From a bacterium HR30 (lineage in GTDB: Bacteria; Desulfobacterota; Binatia; HRBIN30), in the NCBI GenBank assembly GCA_002898795.1, contig BEIG01000004.1, positions 1-62,729 of the forward strand: 62,729 nt of DNA, written 5' to 3'. Positions 10,264-18,716 of the stretch are shown piece after piece. Under the pieces are notes generated by a model that made no database searches, had not been told where the DNA came from, and worked only from the letters and a program-made list of their open reading frames with translations. The first letter of the stretch is position 1, and each line of letters begins with the position of its first letter. A program made the position numbers and the translations under genes.

Positions 10264-12633
10264 TTAACTTGTCCACTTCCAGTCGCGAATCTCCGGTAAA
10301 TCGTCCCCGTACTTGGTGATGTATTCACGGTGCTCCACCAATTTATCGCGAATCGCTTGTTTCACGTACGCTTTTCGTGCCCCGAGGCCGGGCACGCGAT
10401 CGATGACGTCTTCCACCAAGTGGAATCGATCCAAATCGTTCCGCACGCACATGTCGAATGGCGTCGTCGTCGAACCTTCCTCCTTGTAGCCACGAACGTG
10501 CAAATTCGGGTGGTTGGTACGCCGGTACGCCAAGCGGTGAATGAGCCACGGGTAACCGTGAAAGGCGAAGATAATCGGTTTGTTGGTGGTGAACAGAACG
10601 TCGAACTGGGCATCGGTGAGCCCATGCGGGTGCTCGCTACGGGGCGGTAGAGTCATCAAGTCGACAATGTTGACCACCCGCACCTTCAGTTCCGGAATGA
10701 AGCGACGAAGTAGCCAAGCAGCCGCAACCGTCTCCAGCGTTGGCACGTCGCCACAACAGGCCAAGACCACGTCCGGTTCGCTGCCTTCATCGTTGCTCGC
10801 CCAGGGTAGGATCCCGATGCCGGTGGAACAGTGCTTGATGGCGGCATCCATGTCGAACCATTGAGGTGCCGGCTGCTTCCCCGCCACGATCACGTTGATG
10901 CAATCGCGGCTGCGGAGGCATTGGTCGGTAACGCAAAGAAGCGTGTTCGCATCGGGAGGCAGATAAACGTGAATGAGTTCGGCTTTCTTGTTGACCACGA
11001 TGTCCAAGAAGCCAGGGTCTTGATGCGTAAAGCCGTTGTGGTCCTGCCGCCAAACGTGCGAGGTGAGGAGGTAGTTGAGTGCCGCAATGGGCCGGCGCCA
11101 AGGGATGTGCCGCGCAACTTTGAGCCATTTGGCGTGTTGGTTGAACATGGAATCGACAATGTGGATGAAGGCCTCGTAGCAATTGAAAAAGCCGTGTCGG
11201 CCAGTGAGCAAATAGCCTTCGAGCCAGCCCTGGCACTGGTGTTCGCTCAGCATTTCCATCACCCGTCCATCCGGACTGACAGCCTCGTCTTCGGGCGTCG
11301 TTTCGGCCACGGAACAGCGGGTGGTGACTTCGAACACATCGTTCCACCGGTTGGATGTGGTTTCGTCCGGGCTGAACACCCGAAAATTCCGGGCTTCGGC
11401 ATTGAGGCGCAGCACATCGCGAATGTATGCCCCCTGCACGCGTGTAGCCTCTGCCACCGCGCTGCCGGGCGAGGGAACATCGACGGCGTAAGCACGAAAG
11501 TCGGGCAAGCGTAAGTCACGCAACAGCGTGCCACCGTTGGCGTGCGGGTTGGCGCTCATGCGGCGAGGTCCCTTTGGAGCCAAGGCTCGCAACTCCGCGC
11601 GGAGTCGGCCTCGCTCGTCGAACAGTTCCTCCGGCCGATAGCTGCGGAGCCAAGCTTCCAGGAGCTTGAGTTGCGCTGGATCTTCGCGCACACGAGACAG
11701 CGGCACTTGATGGGAGCGAAACGAGCCTTCCACGGGCTTGCCATCCAGCTCTTTCGGTCCGGTCCACCCCTTGGGCGTCTGAAGAACGATCATAGGCCAG
11801 ATCGGCCGCAGGCGGCTTTTACCTTCGCGCGCCTCATGCTGAATCTCCCGAATGCGAGCGAGGCACCAATCCAAGGCAGCCGCCATCTGATCGTGCATGA
11901 CGGAAGGGTCGCTGCCCGTGACGAATCTCGGCTCGTAACCATAACCGCGGAGCAACATCTCCAGTTCCTGCCGAGGAATACGGGCCAGGATGGTCGGACC
12001 AGCAATCTTAAATCCGTTCAGGTGCAAAATGGGCAGCACGGCCCCATCGCGCACTGGATTCAGGAACTTGTTCGAGTGCCAGCTCGTGGCCAGGGGACCC
12101 GTTTCCGCCTCGCCGTCACCCACGACGCAAGCGACGATCAAGTCCGGATTGTCAAAGGCCGCTCCAAACGCGTGGGCAAGGGAGTAACCCAACTCGCCGC
12201 CTTCGTGAATGGACCCAGGCACTTCCGGAGCCACGTGGCTCGGTATGCCGCCCGGAAAGGAAAACTGCTTGAACAACCGGCGAAGACCTTCTTCGTCCTC
12301 CGACACATCGGGGTAAAGCTCGCTGTAAGTCCCTTCGAGGTAGGCGTGGGCCACAATTGCTGGTCCGCCATGGCCCGGCCCAATTACATACATCATGTTG
12401 AGATCATGCTGGACGATCAGCCGGTTGAGGTGGGTGTAAATGAAGGCCAGGCCCGGAGACGTTCCCCAATGCCCGAGCAAGCGGCGCTTGATGTGATGCG
12501 GTTCAAGCGGTTCGCGCAAGAGCGGGTTGTCCAGCAAGTAAATTTGGCCCACCGTCAAGTAGTTCGCCGCGCGCCAGTACGCATCGATTTTCGCACGCAA
12601 GTTGTCGCTGAGCACGGCTTCCATCGCTGACAT
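10264..12633 (-). CDS. xfp: Phosphoketolase (Xfp family)
   Basis: [55 protein letters not shown]. Confidence 0.96.
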   Translation of the reverse strand: MSAMEAVLSDNLRAKIDAYWRAANYLTVGQIYLLDNPLLREPLEPHHIKRRLLGHWGTSPGLAFIYTHLNRLIVQHDLNMMYVIGPGHGGPAIVAHAYLEGTYSELYPDVSEDEEGLRRLFKQFSFPGGIPSHVAPEVPGSIHEGGELGYSLAHAFGAAFDNPDLIVACVVGDGEAETGPLATSWHSNKFLNPVRDGAVLPILHLNGFKIAGPTILARIPRQELEMLLRGYGYEPRFVTGSDPSVMHDQMAAALDWCLARIREIQHEAREGKSRLRPIWPMIVLQTPKGWTGPKELDGKPVEGSFRSHQVPLSRVREDPAQLKLLEAWLRSYRPEELFDERGRLRAELRALAPKGPRRMSANPHANGGTLLRDLRLPDFRAYAVDVPSPGSAVAEATRVQGAYIRDVLRLNAEARNFRVFSPDETTSNRWNDVFEVTTRCSVAETTPEDEAVSPDGRVMEMLSEHQCQGWLEGYLLTGRHGFFNCYEAFIHIVDSMFNQHAKWLKVARHIPWRRPIAALNYLLTSHVWRQDHNGFTHQDPGFLDIVVNKKAELIHVYLPPDANTLLCVTDQCLRSRDCINVIVAGKQPAPQWFDMDAAIKHCSTGIGILPWASNDEGSEPDVVLACCGDVPTLETVAAAWLLRRFIPELKVRVVNIVDLMTLPPRSEHPHGLTDAQFDVLFTTNKPIIFAFHGYPWLIHRLAYRRTNHPNLHVRGYKEEGSTTTPFDMCVRNDLDRFHLVEDVIDRVPGLGARKAYVKQAIRDKLVEHREYITKYGDDLPEIRDWKWTS

Positions 12634-12720
12634 CCTCCAAGCAGCAGTATGGCCGCGAATGGAGTTTCCGCAAAGTGCGACAGTTGTGTTCGCGGCATTC
12701 CGCAGATAGATAACCGGGCA

Positions 12721-13047
12721 ATGGGAGCTTCATATCGTCGACGCTCTGCAGCGACCGTGCGCCTGCTGGTGGCGGAACTGAGGAACGCGGCCGAGCGCCT
12801 CGGCTATACAGTGCGCGAAGAAAAGTTGTTGCGTGAAGTGGGCTACAGAGTGCGCGGCGGGGGCTGCGTGGTGAAGGGAACGAAGATGATTTTCCTCGAC
12901 CGGGAGGCTTCGCCCGAAACACACCTGGACGTGTTAGTCGATGTACTGTGGGACGAGCCACTGGAAGAACTATATCTCTCCCCGCAGGCCCGCGAACTGT
13001 TCCGCCAGCCGAGGCTTCGGTTCCCTGGAACGAACGAAGCCGCTTGA
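12721..13047 (+). CDS. Hypothetical protein upstream of fur
   Basis: Protein-like ORF ([25 protein letters not shown]) ending 12 bp before fur; start may be 12649. Confidence 0.65.
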   Translation: MGASYRRRSAATVRLLVAELRNAAERLGYTVREEKLLREVGYRVRGGGCVVKGTKMIFLDREASPETHLDVLVDVLWDEPLEELYLSPQARELFRQPRLRFPGTNEAA

Positions 13048-13059
13048 AATGGGGAAACG

Positions 13060-13632
13060 ATGGCCCGCCAAGCTGCGGCAAAAAGCGAAACCCTCGAAGA
13101 GCGATTCCGCATCTTCCAAGATCACCTGCGCCGCTTGGGCTTGAAGTGGACCTCGCAACGCGACGATATCGCGAAAGTCTTCTTCGCGGCCAAGCGACAC
13201 ATCAGCGTCGACGAGCTGTACCGCGAAGTCAAAAAGGTCAACCCTCGCATCGGCTACGCCACCGTGTACCGCACGATGAAGCTGCTCAAGGAATGCGGCC
13301 TCGCTTCCGAGAGTCACTTCTTGAATGGCGAGGCGCGCTACGAGAGCACCGAGGGGCAGCACCACGACCACCTGATTTGCGTGCAATGCGGCAGCATCGT
13401 CGAGTTCGAAGAGGAACGGATCGAGCGCTTACAAGCCGAAGTGGCGCGTAAAGCTGGGTTTTTGTTTACGGGCCATCGAATGGAGCTGTACGGCGTTTGT
13501 GCGGCTTGCCAAAAGGCGCAAGGCAAAACAGCGGGAGAGAGCGACGAACGCAGTCGTGCGAGAACTTTCCCCAGCCGAGCTGGAACCGACACTCGGCCAG
13601 GCCGAGCCAGTCCTTCCGGACGACATCCGTAA
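13060..13632 (+). CDS. fur: Fur family transcriptional regulator
   Basis: TSQR, ATVYRT, HHDHLICVQCG, C-terminal CAAC; low-complexity tail. Confidence 0.88.
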   Translation: MARQAAAKSETLEERFRIFQDHLRRLGLKWTSQRDDIAKVFFAAKRHISVDELYREVKKVNPRIGYATVYRTMKLLKECGLASESHFLNGEARYESTEGQHHDHLICVQCGSIVEFEEERIERLQAEVARKAGFLFTGHRMELYGVCAACQKAQGKTAGESDERSRARTFPSRAGTDTRPGRASPSGRHP

Positions 13633-13666
13633 CCCTGCATACCCCGTACGCCTGCGGGGCCGCGTC

Positions 13667-14096
13667 GGGGCGCACCTGCGCGTGCGCCCACCGTCGCCGC
13701 CATCGCCACCGTCGTCCCCGCCATTGTTGGGGCGCACCTGCGCGTGCGCCCACCGTCGCCATCGCCACCACCGTCCCCGCCCATGGTAGGGGCGCACCTG
13801 TGTGTGCGCCCACCGTCGCCATCACCACCACCGTCCCCACCATGGTAGGGGCGCACCTGCGTGTGCGCCCACCGTCGCCATCGTCACCACCGTCCCCGCC
13901 ATTGTTGGGGCGCACCTGCGTGTGCACCCACCGCCGTCGCCATCGCCACCACCGTCCCCGCCCATGGTAGGGGCGCACCTGTGTGTGCGCCCACCGTCGC
14001 CATCGCCACCGTCGTCCCCGCCATTGTTGGGGCGCACCTGCGTGTGCGCCCACCGTCGCCACGCACGGTATGGGGGCACGGTATGTCCGTGCCTAC
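13667..14096 (+). repeat. REP cluster 1: seven head-to-tail 59-63 bp units, each with a GGGCGCAC-N6-GTGCGCCC palindrome, plus a terminal inverted REP-like hairpin
   Basis: GGGG starts at 13667, 13729, 13789, 13848, 13907, 13970 and 14029, preceded by GTAG/GTTG/GTCG; linkers resemble one another. Confidence 0.9.
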
Positions 14097-14638
14097 GATG
14101 GGCCGCGCCGCACCTGTTCGGCAAACCGGCGCAAATGTGGCACGAGCGCTCGGTACACTTCACGCTTGAATTCGACCACGATTTCCGGCAGCCGCTCCAC
14201 TTCCTCCCAGCGCCAACGGCCGAATTCCGGCTTGTGGTGACCATCGCCGGGACGACACACATCGATTTCGGCCTCTTCCCCATCGAAGCGAAACGCAAAC
14301 CATTTTTGCTTTTGGCCTCGATACCGGCCTCCCCAGGCCTTTGCTCTCAGTTCCGCCGGCAGGTCATAGGCGAGCCACTCCGGCACCTCACCCAACAGCG
14401 ACACCGAACGGATCGAGGTTTCCTCCCACAGCTCGCGACGAGCGGCCTCGCAGGGGTCTTCCTCCGCATCCAGTCCACCTTGGGGCATTTGCCACCATGT
14501 GCCAAAGCCTTCTTCGGCGTCCGCCACGGCCACACGCTCACCTACCCACACGCGGCCGTCATGACGAAACACAGCGGCCCCCACACACAGACGGTACGGG
14601 AGCCCATCCGGCTCGTGCAATCGTTCGACCATTGCCAT
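14093..14638 (-). CDS. rppH: RNA pyrophosphohydrolase (Nudix)
   Basis: LPYRLCVG, WQMPQGG, Nudix box GGLDAEEDPCEAARRELWEET, GRYRGQKQKWF, PEFGRWRW; start 14638 or 14632. Confidence 0.88.
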   Translation of the reverse strand: MAMVERLHEPDGLPYRLCVGAAVFRHDGRVWVGERVAVADAEEGFGTWWQMPQGGLDAEEDPCEAARRELWEETSIRSVSLLGEVPEWLAYDLPAELRAKAWGGRYRGQKQKWFAFRFDGEEAEIDVCRPGDGHHKPEFGRWRWEEVERLPEIVVEFKREVYRALVPHLRRFAEQVRRGPS

Positions 14639-14805
14639 CCACCGTAACAAATTCAGCACCGCCCTTCGACCTCGTTCGCAGTTGCACGGACGAACAAGAT
14701 CGTGCAAAGAATCCGAGACAAAAGGCAGTCCAGTAGCCTCGCTACCCGGCTGCTCAGGTGTCGCTCCACGACAAATAACCAGCCCCACCGGAAACGTCGC
14801 TTTCC

Positions 14806-15198
14806 TTGCATCGCAGCCTGCAAGAACTCCTCGCAGAGATGGGTCGGCTGCAGCAGGATCACTCCCAAATGGAGTACCCGCTCGGCGAAGCGAACGACAC
14901 CTTGGATGTTGTCTGGCAGCGGGAGATGAGCGGCGTACCAACAATTGCTTTCGAAGTGGAACTTTCCACTTCGATCGAGCAGGCGCTCGCTCGCCTGCGC
15001 ATTGCCTACGAACGGTGGGCAACACGCCCATGCATCGCCCTCGGAAGCGACAATTCGGAGCGGGTTCAAAGTGTCTTGGCTCAGCACAGCCACCGCTTTG
15101 CACAACTCGTTCGAGTTTGTTCCAAAGCGCAAGTTCGCATGGTGCACACGTTGAAGCGCGATCTCCGCTCTTTGGAGGAAAGCCTCGGGATTTACTGA
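14806..15198 (+). pseudogene. Probably 5'-truncated PD-(D/E)XK restriction-endonuclease-like domain
   Basis: LDVVW...IAFEVE motif; only a TTG or internal ATG start; in-frame stops upstream at 14734 and 14776. Confidence 0.45.
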
Positions 15199-15348
15199 AC
15201 CTTGTGCGGCGAGCGACCCAAGGAAACACAAGCGCCAAGCTTTTCCTGCGGGCGTTCCGCCCGCACGCCCCGGCAGGGCTTCCACGCTCCAAAGACATAC
15301 CGCCACGCAGGCCCCCGGGCATCGCAGGGACACGCGGCAATGCACCCG

Positions 15349-15650
15349 CCATCGCTGTCCGCACCACCATACCCACCATGGTAGGGGCGCACCTACGTGT
15401 GCGCCCACCATCGCCATCGCCACCGTCGTCCCCGCGCCTGGTAGGGGCGCACCTGCGTGTGCGCCCGCGTTCCGCGCACCACGCGCGTCCCCGCATGCCG
15501 TGGGGCGCACCTCCGTGTGCGCCCCCGTTACCGTTACCGTTACCGTCACCGTCCCCGTGCTGCCGCACACGCCTCCGCCGTCGCTATCGGCGCCACCGTA
15601 CCCGGCATTGTATGGGCACACGGCTGCGGCAATGCAGACGTGGCACGGGT
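15349..15650 (+). repeat. REP cluster 2 (three REPs at 15381, 15441 and ~15500) with linker motifs shared with clusters 1, 3 and 4
   Basis: GTAGGGGCGCACCT(A/G)CGTGTGCGCCC; shared TCGCTATCGGC(A/G)CCACCGTA motif. Confidence 0.85.
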
Positions 15651-15651
15651 T

Positions 15652-18201
15652 TCAGCACCCGAGCAGCGCCTTGTTCACGGCCAGAATGATCTCCTCCACC
15701 GTGATGGTGCCGTCTCCGCTGGCGTCCCCGGCGAGGCACATGGAAACGTCGACACTACCCAAGGCGATGTTCACCATGGTGACGATCTCGTCGATGGTCA
15801 CGCTGCCATCACCGCTACAATCGCCCGTGCAACCCCGGACAGGCGTGGCCGTGGCGGGCACCGTCGGTGTGGGCGTAGATGTCGGCGACGGTGTGGGGCT
15901 CGGGGTCGGTGTACGCGTGCCGGTGAAGCTCGGGCTCGCCGTTGGCGTTGGAGTCGCCGTAGTTGTTGCCGTGGCTGTTGTCGTCGCTGTAAGTGTCTCC
16001 GTCGGAGTCAACGATGCCGGCGGGCTGGGCGACGGCGTGTCGGTCGCAGTGGAAGATGGCTCCGGAGTGAAGGTCGGCGTCGTGGTAGGGCTCGGTGTTG
16101 GCGTGCGCGTGATCACCGTCGGTAGCGGCGTCGTCGCTGGAGCCTCCGCTCCCGCTTCCACCGCCCCGACGTCGCACGCAGCACCATACGGGCGCGGCGC
16201 CCCGCGCTGGTCCTGCGCCAGGGCCCTACCCCCGAGGTCCGTGCAGTCGCTCGCTGCGTCGATCGCTACGCTGCCTGCGCCCAAGCCGTGAACGGGAGTG
16301 TACCCCCCTCGATCCTCCAGCGGCTCTAACGCCAACGCCTCCAACGTGGCCTCCGTAAAATCACGGCAACTTCGATCCGTGGCGAAGTTCACGCCCCGCC
16401 GGCTCGTCAGCGGACCGCTGCAACTCCCGTCGCTCCCTTGGTTGCCCGCCACCAGGCTGTTCTTGAACCTCAGCACTCCAAACTCGGTCTCGCTGACAAC
16501 CTCGTTAAACACCGCCCCTCCTTCGGCAGAAGCTCGGTTGAAGGCCACGGTGCTGTGCACCACATTGGCCGTAGCCCCCGCAGCGTTGAAAAGCCCGCCC
16601 CCACGAGCCCCGCTTTCGTTGCTACTCACCGTGCTGTTCACAAGCTGCACCACCCCACGGTTCCGAATCCCGCCACCGTCTGCCGGCGACTGGTTACCCC
16701 AGATGGCCGAACCCTCGATGGTCACCTCCCCCCCCTCCACGACCACGCCCCCTTGGCGGTTTTGGTTCACCTCCACGGCAAGAAGTCTACCGCCTGTGGT
16801 GCGCACACCTACACCGCCGTTGCCACTGACCCGGCACTGGCTTGCCTCCACCGTTCCCCCTCTGGCCCCGTCGCCCCCGTTGTGGGAAACTACGCTACGC
16901 ACCAGCTTACCACCACCCCCGATTCCATGGCCCGCATTGCCCACGATGCTGCTCTCCCGCACATCGGCTGAACCGGCGATTCCGTGGCCCCCGTTGTAGG
17001 AAATGATGCTGCGAATCAACGTGCCACCACCCGCAATGCCATGGCCCGCGTTGCCCTCAATGGTGCTATCCCACACCTCGGCTGACCCAGCTATTCCGTC
17101 GCCCCCGTTGTAGGAAATGATGCTGCGAATCAACGTACCACCACCCCCGGTTCCATGGCCCGCGTTGCCGGATATGACGCTGCGCACCAACGTAGCGCCC
17201 CCTTCGATTCCAGGCCCGCCATTCCCCGAAATCGTGCTTCGAACCACCAGGGAAAAGTCCGTCCGAATACCAGGGCCGCTGTGGCCTTCCACCGTGCTTT
17301 CCACCAATACAACCCAACCACCTTGTGCAGCGCTGCTTCCTCCCCGGAGCTCCAGCCCCCGAAGCTCCAATTGCCCCCCCGGGGCGGAGAACAAGGGAAA
17401 CGTACCATCTCCGCGCACTACGATCTGCCCAGCGCCATCCACTACTACCTTTACCTGAGGCGAAACCTCCAGCGCCCGGCGAAGCTGTATCTCCCCACTG
17501 ACCGAAAAGTGCACCCGGACACTGCCCGAGCGCAAGGCCGATAGCTCCTCCAAGGCGGCGCGCAGGGTGCACTCCCCTACCATGTCCTCACAAAACCCGT
17601 CGCCTGGGTCAGCATCGATCCGGTCAGCCAAACTTCCAACCACGTAACACGGAACGAGAACAGGGCGAGGGGAACTCTGGCGGGAGGAGTTATCCCCCCA
17701 GCACTCCACACTGCCGTCCTCCCGTACCCCGCAGGTGTGCGCCCCTCCGGCACTGACCGCTCGAAACACTCCCCCAGGAGAGGAACTCTGGCCATAGTAG
17801 TTATCCCCCCAGCACTCCACACTCCCGTCCTCCCGTAGCCCGCAGGTGTGGTACCGTCCCGCACTGACCGCTCGAAACACTCCCCCAGGAGGGGAACTCT
17901 GGCCCCAGCCGTTATACCCCCAGCACTCCACCCTGCCCTCCTCCCGTAGCCCGCAGGTGTGCCATCCTCCCGCGCTCACGGCATGGAACACTCCCCACGA
18001 AGGGAAACTCTGGCCGTCGCCGTTGTACCCCCAACAGTCCACACTGCCGTCCTCCGATAGCCCGCAGGTGTGCCCCCCTCCGACACTCACCGCGGTGAAA
18101 GGAGGAATCGGACAAAGCTCGGCCAACCCTTGCCTTGCGAGGAGCAGCGAACAAGCCAGCGCTACGCCCCACACCCACCACGAACACACCAACCGCCACA
18201 T
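15652..18201 (-). CDS. Secreted modular surface protein, copy 1: 4 RCC1-like repeats, CSLREA-like domain, beta-helix repeats, choice-of-anchor-Q-like domain, Thr/Pro stalk, CxGDC dockerin-like C-terminus
   Basis: Signal-peptide-like start MWRLVC..ARQGLA; 4x HTCG..CWG at 111 bp period; GDGFC..CTLRAA; DQRGAPRP..CDVGAVE; CTGDCSGDG..GDASGDG. Confidence 0.85.
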   Translation of the reverse strand: MWRLVCSWWVWGVALACSLLLARQGLAELCPIPPFTAVSVGGGHTCGLSEDGSVDCWGYNGDGQSFPSWGVFHAVSAGGWHTCGLREEGRVECWGYNGWGQSSPPGGVFRAVSAGRYHTCGLREDGSVECWGDNYYGQSSSPGGVFRAVSAGGAHTCGVREDGSVECWGDNSSRQSSPRPVLVPCYVVGSLADRIDADPGDGFCEDMVGECTLRAALEELSALRSGSVRVHFSVSGEIQLRRALEVSPQVKVVVDGAGQIVVRGDGTFPLFSAPGGQLELRGLELRGGSSAAQGGWVVLVESTVEGHSGPGIRTDFSLVVRSTISGNGGPGIEGGATLVRSVISGNAGHGTGGGGTLIRSIISYNGGDGIAGSAEVWDSTIEGNAGHGIAGGGTLIRSIISYNGGHGIAGSADVRESSIVGNAGHGIGGGGKLVRSVVSHNGGDGARGGTVEASQCRVSGNGGVGVRTTGGRLLAVEVNQNRQGGVVVEGGEVTIEGSAIWGNQSPADGGGIRNRGVVQLVNSTVSSNESGARGGGLFNAAGATANVVHSTVAFNRASAEGGAVFNEVVSETEFGVLRFKNSLVAGNQGSDGSCSGPLTSRRGVNFATDRSCRDFTEATLEALALEPLEDRGGYTPVHGLGAGSVAIDAASDCTDLGGRALAQDQRGAPRPYGAACDVGAVEAGAEAPATTPLPTVITRTPTPSPTTTPTFTPEPSSTATDTPSPSPPASLTPTETLTATTTATATTTATPTPTASPSFTGTRTPTPSPTPSPTSTPTPTVPATATPVRGCTGDCSGDGSVTIDEIVTMVNIALGSVDVSMCLAGDASGDGTITVEEIILAVNKALLGC

Positions 18202-18385
18202 CAACGCCCCTCGTGCACCGAGCCAAGCGGCGCTGCTTGGGAACTGCCCCCCTTCGGTGCGCGCCCCCGCAAGGCCCCTCGAACCTCGTCCCCAGCCGAA
18301 ATGACTGCCCCAACCGGGACCCAATGCTGCCACCCGCATTCTTCCCTCCCACGTGAGCACGGGACTACTACGGCCCGCCTCGGCG

Positions 18386-18391
18386 AGTCAA
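18386..18391 (-). promoter_or_regulatory. Putative sigma70 -35 box (TTGACT) for the surface-protein gene; repeated at 21451-21456
   Basis: TTGACT on the minus strand followed by a weak TAGTAG/TAGTCC -10-like element. Confidence 0.3.
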
Positions 18392-18421
18392 CCACGTGCG
18401 TCCAGAAGGCGCGGTTTCGCA

Positions 18422-18597
18422 CGCATCGCGACGCGATGCGGAAGAAACCACCCTCACCCCGATCCCCTCTCCCACAGGGAGAGGGGAACCCTTGTAGGGG
18501 CGCACCTGCGTGTGCGCCCGCGTTCCGCGCACCATGACCGTTCCCATGCTGCCACACACGTCCCCGGCATTTTAGGGGCGCACCTGCGTGTGCGCCC
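18422..18597 (+). repeat. REP cluster 3: perfect inverted repeat 18422-18440, CCCTCACCCC/TCCCCTCTCCC-ACA-GGGAGAGGGGA hairpin 18451-18487, REPs at 18494 and 18572
   Basis: Read directly from the sequence. Confidence 0.85.
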
Positions 18598-18716
18598 GCG
18601 TTACCGGCACCGTCACCGTCCCCGTGCTGCCGCATACGCCTCCGCCGTCGCTATCGGCACCACCGTACCCGGCATTGTATGGCCACGGCGGCGGCAATGC
18701 AAACGTGGCACGGGTT

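Noticed and set aside
12690-12725. Fur box upstream of the fur operon
   Set aside because: GATAGATAACC is too poor a match to the GATAATGATAATCATTATC consensus.
13667-14060. Second CRISPR array
   Set aside because: The period is ~60 bp, but the spacers are near-copies of each other and the palindrome is dispersed elsewhere in the window as a REP. It is unrelated to the I-E repeat.
13338-14298. Repetitive ORFs across the REP cluster (likewise 26869-28405)
   Set aside because: Translations of non-coding repeats that are open in several frames, with no SD or family motifs.
14639-15568. Long N-terminal extension of rppH (491-aa ORF)
   Set aside because: It runs through REP repeats and antisense to another ORF; the Nudix protein begins at ~14638.
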